DNA of 64,000 bases from the human T2T-CHM13v2.0 reference genome, Homo sapiens. Made by a program: the position numbers and the translations under genes. Positions 57,776 to 64,000 of this stretch are shown piece by piece. The notes beneath the pieces are model-generated. The model saw nothing but the letters and a program-made list of their open reading frames with translations. It was not told where the DNA came from and made no database searches. Each line of letters starts with the position of its first letter. Position 1 is the stretch's first letter. Location: NCBI RefSeq assembly GCF_009914755.1, contig NC_060927.1; one strand, given 5' to 3'.

Positions 57776-60112
57776 TTTTCAGATTATATTTTGGAGATTC
57801 AAAAGTACTTAGTAAATGTCCAGCATTGCTCTAAGCATATACTTGGTCTCTACTAATCCACTTTATTTATTTTTTTCACAAATGATCGATAATCTATTTT
57901 TCAAAGTACAGTTAGACATAGAAACATTATGAACTGTCTACCATTTTTATGGCTTTAGACTCAACATTATATTTGAAGTGAAAAATTGTAGCTATTTTAA
58001 TTCCTAAATTATGTAAAGCTATAAAATGTGTTATGTTAGCCAGTTGATTTTATTCCTCCTGAAAATACTTTGTTTTATTTCTCTTCAGAAGGAAAAATAG
58101 AAAGATAAGACAGTAAATTTAGGATGAGCAAAATATGGCCGATGACAGCTTTCATGTATTCATTTTTTCATGTTTTAAAAATTATTACTATCACTAATCA
58201 CTTAAAACACTGGTTGATTATGACTGTTGTACAGTTGCACAGACATCTTGTTTTCTTCTAGAGAGTCCCAGGAAAGCATGAGAACATCATTTAACTACAC
58301 TAGAATTGTAAATTAAAACAATTTTATCCTGGCTCACGTCTCTAGGGCTGCCTTGAACCACTCTTTAGTGTAGACTCTCCTGTCCAACCTCCCTGGAGTT
58401 TTTAAAACACATCGCCCTGTCTCACATTTCTGTCTTCACACAATTTTCTTTTCATAAAAATTTTCCCACCCTGGTTTTTTTTTGCTGTTGTTGTTTTTTT
58501 TTGGTTGTTGTTGTTTTTAAACTTACGACTCATCCTTTTAGACTCAATACCGGAGACAGCTCCTCTGGGGAGTCTCCCTTGATCCCCTCCATTTCCTAAG
58601 CTGTGGGAAATGTCTCCGTTAGTAACCCACATCAGTTCCTGTTGCAGTCATTTACTGACCTGAGTCCTCTGGGATGCAGCAGAGACACATCATTTGCCCT
58701 GCATGTACTGTGGCTAACACTGTTGTGTCAGTGCTCACTTAGTGTTGGTTGAATGACTGCATGCAAGAATAGCTGTTTTAATTTGGACATTAGGCTAAGT
58801 TTTATCCTTTTTAGGGAGGTGCATGGATGTAAACTTCTTGGATTATGTAGTACGTTATGAAATGAACTTGTTTAAGTCTATTTTATGATGAATAGTTTAC
58901 AAACATAGAAACAACACTTGTAGTAAACTCTCTTAAAATTAAATCCAGACAGATTTAAACTATGTGTGTCAGATATAATTTTTTGTCTTTTATATGAGAG
59001 TACAAAAGTCAGAGTACTCTGTGATCAGCGAACAAAAACACACCTCAGTCTCAGAAGCTTATCCTAGCAAAGGTGTCTTTCTTTCTCCTGTAAAGTCAAT
59101 GGTGTACTCTTTCATCCAACTACTCAGGAATCCAAGCTTACTCTGCCTTCCTCTGATGTGTGGCTTCCAAAGTGTCTGAGGCTGTGTCAGAGAGAGATGG
59201 GAAAAGAACATTGGTTTCCAATAATCTCTTCTGGGAAATCAAACCACCATTTACGCTTAGTGTCTTTTGGCTAGAATAATGTGCCACCAACTTAATGCAA
59301 CAGAGGCTGAAAAGGTTGCCTTTTAGAGTAGTCAGGCAGAGGAAATAGTGCGTAGGAATTGACCAAGCCACTAGGTGATTTGTCTCCTTTTTTGTGTTTC
59401 TATTTTTGATTTATTTAATTTTTTTGTGATACTTGAGGGCCTGGATGAATGATGTGAGGTAGATACCACTGGGTAAATTCAAGTATAAAACATAAATTCT
59501 ATACTAATTATCAAGCCCTTGTCATATCTTAGGCATATTAATTATTGAAGAAGAGTCTATCTCAACAAATCCTTTTTTTTTTTTTTTTTTGGCTTATAGT
59601 CCATTTTGAAAATGTGGTAGACATTTTAAAACATAGTGCACATCAGCATGTAACCTCAAAATCTGGCATGCAAATTCAGAGGTTCACAAAATCTCTGCAG
59701 CCCACCCACTGTAGCCTTCCCAGAGTTAAGAGCACCTGGCCTGTGCTACATGGATTGGTGAAATATTAGAAAAGATGAGAGAAAATCAGTATGAGCATAA
59801 ATTTTATCTTCTTTTTGGTGAGTACTTTGAAAGAAAATTAGGACCTAATCCCCTAGTTTAAGTGAAAGAGGTAATTTGGTTGCTACATGATAGAGATTCA
59901 TTGAAGGAGAAAGAAGTAGACAGTAGACAAAGTTGTTGTTCAAAGTATAATCAAGAGTCAGGCATCCAATTGAGGTCTGAACAATAGCTTTTATTCATGT
60001 TCTCTCACCAGTCTGTGTTACATGAAGCTTTAATGATATTTGATGATTGAATTCATTTTTTAAAATAGCTGCATTGCAGAAAAGTGGTTTGCTATTAAAA
60101 TATTACGTACCT

Positions 60113-60369
60113 TAGGAGACTGAGGTGGAAGGATTACTTGAGCCCAGGAGTTTAAGACAAGCCTGGGCAACATAGCAAGACCCTGTCTCTAAAAATAATA
60201 ATAATAATAACTGAGCATGGTGGCTTCCGCCTGTGGTCCCTGCTACGTGGGAGGCTGAGGCAGAAGGATCACTTGATGCCATGAGGTGGAGGCTGCCGTG
60301 AGGCGTGGTGGTGCCATGGCCCTCCAGCCTGGGTAACAAAGCAAAACCTGCCTCTTAAAAAAGAAAAAA
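60113..60369 (+). mobile_element. 5'-truncated AluJ
   Basis: Forward dimer lacking about 35 nt at the 5' end; TSD-like attacgtac on both sides. Confidence 0.88.
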
Positions 60370-62384
60370 TTACGTACTTGAGTTTGGATCATACAGATTA
60401 ATGAAAGAACTACAAAAGATTTTTACTGCTTAATTCTGTATTTGGGGTCTCTTCATTTTTAAAAATAATAAAGCAATTTGCTTTATCTTACATTGGGGTT
60501 TTATATTCCCAATTATTTCACCTTAATTTTACAATTTTTACTATATGAAAAAAAAAAACTGCCCTGAAGCCTTTGGTTTATATAGAATAAAATAGGGCAC
60601 ATATTGTTGTGTAAGAAAAGTAAATACCAACTTAGCATGTTTAATCATGTTGTAGAATTATGTATTTTCAGAGATAAATACTTGTTACTTAATGTCAGTT
60701 TTATAGATGAGGAAATTGAAATTCAGTGTTTAAATGATTCCCCCTTAGTATTTGCTTCTATAGAAATTTTTACCTGTTTTCACTCTGGTTTCTCTTCAGA
60801 TCGTGTAAATCTTTCGCCTTTTACTAAAGAAATTTTTACCTATTTTCAGCAGTTTTCTCAGTGTATTGTAATTATTTCATCAAAAGTTGAATCTCCTTAC
60901 CAAACTTGGGTACTACTGAAAGGCAGAAATTTCTGTTATTCATCATTATTCCTCCAGAGCTTGGCATTTTTTTTTATGCTCAATACATTGAGTGAAGGAA
61001 TGAGCAAACAATTAAAAGAAAGTATGACAAAAAAATCGTAAGTGAGATCCAGTCTCTGCCCAAATGCCTGAGAGGCAAAATAGCAACATGATTGGTGCTG
61101 GGACTCCAGAGCCAGGCTTCTTACCAGCTTGACTTCATACTGTCTCGGTCAACTTGGCAATTGATATTATCTATCTTATAGTGTTGTTATGAGAATTAAA
61201 TGAGTTAGTATACACAAATGCCTAGAGCAGTGCCTGCGTCCAGTTTAATTTGGCTTTACAAATTTAAACCTGCAAGGATTATGTAATTAGACATACATAA
61301 ATTTTACACAAATAAAAATCAGAGTGAATGTAATTTGACATCAGTTGAATAAAATGAAGCAAAATATCATAATCTTTGGTTTATTACTGTGTATTTGGTA
61401 ATCCTGGAAATTGATACAATTTGCATTTTAGTTTAAGTGCATGTTATTTAAGTAACATTTAAGTTTTATAAGATCATGGAATTAACCATTTTTTCGTATT
61501 TTTCAATTAGAAAAATTTTGTATTTTTACAATTAGAAAAGTGTAATTTTTTATTAGTATGCAACAGATATGACACAGCTAGGCTAAATCAAATTATTACA
61601 TATAGTCCAAAATTTAGATGATTATACTGAATATTAGTATTCACTTACTGTACTACTGAAGAGTCAACATTTCAAAGCTAATGATGAAAATTATCTACTA
61701 AGTGTGTGACTTTTTCCCCAAGAATGATTTCATCTGCTTCCACCAATTTCAGTATTCTAGTTGATAGAGTCAAAATCATAGCATGCGGAAGCAGCACAAG
61801 ATATCATGTGCAACATGTGTTGTGCCAAGTCAGTAAACAGCCATCGTAGGAGTGGCCAGCGTGGCCTTATACCTTACTAGAACCCAGAGAAAAAAGAGCC
61901 TGCTTTTTAAAGAGAAAGGCAAAATTGCTTCTGGCCTCCATTTCCCACTCTTTGTTTCTCATGGGAAGAAGCAAGAATTCCAGAATCGTGTGAAATTTTC
62001 ATGGTTTTATGAAATCATTCTCTGAGTCATTAAAATGTATGCTAAGAAAAAAAATCTAACTTATGCTTTATGCTCAGATGCAATTTTAATAGTCTCAAAC
62101 TAAGATAAACAAATATCCCAGCACACTTTTTTAATTAAAAAAAAAAAGCACCCGAAAAACTTATTATTCTATTCTTTCCTGAGATTGACTAGAATTAATA
62201 CTTTTCACAGTTTTTATGTGCCACCAATAGCACTAAACTTTTTAAAGGGTATTGTCTCTTTATAAAATGTATCGACCAGAATCTGCTTCTTAAACAGTGG
62301 AATACTAGAATGTGTTACAGAGGTGAGGAAGCTTCTAGTAATCCAAGTTTGCCTGACAAAGTCCACTCTTTAAAATGTCCTGAT

Positions 62385-62676
62385 TTATTTATTTGAGACA
62401 GAGTCTCACTTGGTCGCTGGAGTGCAGTGGCACAATCTCAGCTCACTGCAGCCTCCACCTCCTGGAATCAAGTGATTCTTGTGTCTCAGTCTCCCTAGTA
62501 GCTGGGATTACACGTTCGCACCACCACTCCCAGCTAATTTTTGTATTTTTAGTAGAGACCGGGTTTCACCATGTTGGTCAGGCTGGTCTCGAACTCCTGA
62601 CCTCATGATCTGCCCAAAGTGAGACCTCGGCCTCCCAAAGTGCTGGGATTACAGGCGTGAGCCACCACACCTGGCC
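62385..62676 (-). mobile_element. AluS
   Basis: Reverse Alu dimer with a small internal duplication (cccaaagt). Confidence 0.92.
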
Positions 62677-62749
62677 CTGCTTTTTCTTTTTTAAAATGAT
62701 AAAAAATACAGTTACTTTTATTCTGTATTCCAGAGGGGATCTGGGCATA

Positions 62750-62780
62750 TGTGTGTAGTGTGTGTGTGTGTGTGTGTGTG
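62750..62780. repeat. (TG)n microsatellite
   Basis: Direct inspection. Confidence 0.9.
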
Positions 62781-64000
62781 TTCTTACTGTAACCCAGGTA
62801 TATCTTAATGCAAAATCATGTGTTTCCCTTGTGGTGTTACCATACTTATAATATCAAATGTGGTGGGTCCTGTGGTAGAGAGGCAGTCTGGGAATGAGTA
62901 GACCTGATTTTAAACCTCCAATTCACCATGCTATTGACGTAAATGTTGGTCTTCACTTTACTCATTTTCTCAACAGAGATCATGTCATCCTGAATTATAA
63001 AACATGCCTGGCCCATCTCTCCAGGCTGCTGGGAGAATAAGAATAGAGAGCCCAGTGTAGTACAAGCCCAGAGAGAACTTCAAGAATGGTAGCTGTGGTT
63101 TGTGAATTATTAGCTACTATTCTTAATAGTGACACAAGGACGGAGGCAGGATTCAGTTTTCAGAAGCCCACAGTTATAGTCAAGACCATTGCTACTCCTT
63201 AGTTATATGATCTTTGAACGGACTTTTTACATCTTAGAGCCAATTTTCTTATCGCTAAAACAAAGTTGTAGCATCTGCCATGATTACTTCAAATGGCTGT
63301 TGTGAGTTGTGTATAAAATAATACTGTTTTGTAAATATAAATCATGATAGCAGTTTTCTCATGCTTTCTTAGTACTACATTTCCAACCCTGAGATGGAGT
63401 GTTATAGGAGCAGGGAAATCAGCCACGGGTGGGTGTGGGCAGGAATGGTTAAACACTACTGTTATTTCAGTAATGTGATAATTGGAGTTTTAAGGGTATG
63501 TGTGTGTGTTTTGGGAAAGTAGAGTGGAGCAGGAGAAAGGGTATGTAGACAACTGTGTTAGAGAAATTGAATCTCAGATGGTGAGTGTTTTATTTTCCCA
63601 CCTTACTCTTGCTTCTTTAAGTTACTACTCCCACAGGAGATTGGCTATAGACTGACATGAGTGAGTAAAGTTACTCATTAGGGGAATCTAAGCTTCAGTG
63701 AGATGATAAGAAAGTGATTGAAGCAGGGAGCTGTGAAGAGTTAGAAATAAGGTTGGCTCATGGCATGCATCATCAGCTTATCAGGACATGGATGGTGGCA
63801 GAGAAAGGAAGAAAACTCATTGAAATAAATATGGGGATTTCAGGGGTCCATGGAGCAGAACACACTTGAAAAGGTCAAAATGAAGTTAGAAGGGTGTGTG
63901 TGTGTGTGTGCGCACGCACGTGCGTGTATCTGTGTCTGTGTGTGTATAAATTAAGGAATGAGTATGCTTGTAGGACGTATTTAAGAAAAAGGGGGTTTGT

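Noticed and set aside
60604-61041. 145-aa ORF
   Set aside because: TTG start, overlaps MIR/L2-like fragments, no homology recognised.

Overview
AT-rich primate (almost certainly human, given an AluYa5) genomic DNA from the 5' part of MBNL1 (muscleblind-like 1), + strand. It holds the end of a probable alternative first exon (donor 5150|5151) and the 963-nt start-codon exon (5301-6263), which encodes residues 1-58 (CCCH ZnF1 plus the first Cys of ZnF2) and is the circMBNL1 exon. About 58 kb of the following giant intron comes next. That intron contains a 93-nt in-frame cassette exon (6777-6869), further candidate cryptic exons (41023-41131, 44524-44574, 45153-), the antisense TMEM14E(P) retrocopy, about 20 Alu/FLAM copies in the window overall, Tigger, MIR and L2 relics, and microsatellites. 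The most interesting signal is a set of apparent RNA-level autoregulatory devices: YGCY-presenting hairpins (one hides a 5' splice site), a (CUG)6 tract before a frameshifting exon, several exons that would all interrupt ZnF2, open circle-junction ORFs, uORFs, and a young AluYa5 that creates inverted-Alu pairs. No bacterial-type systems, tRNA, rRNA or CRISPR were seen. Most entries in the ORF track are spurious. All analysis was by eye, so repeat boundaries are approximate.
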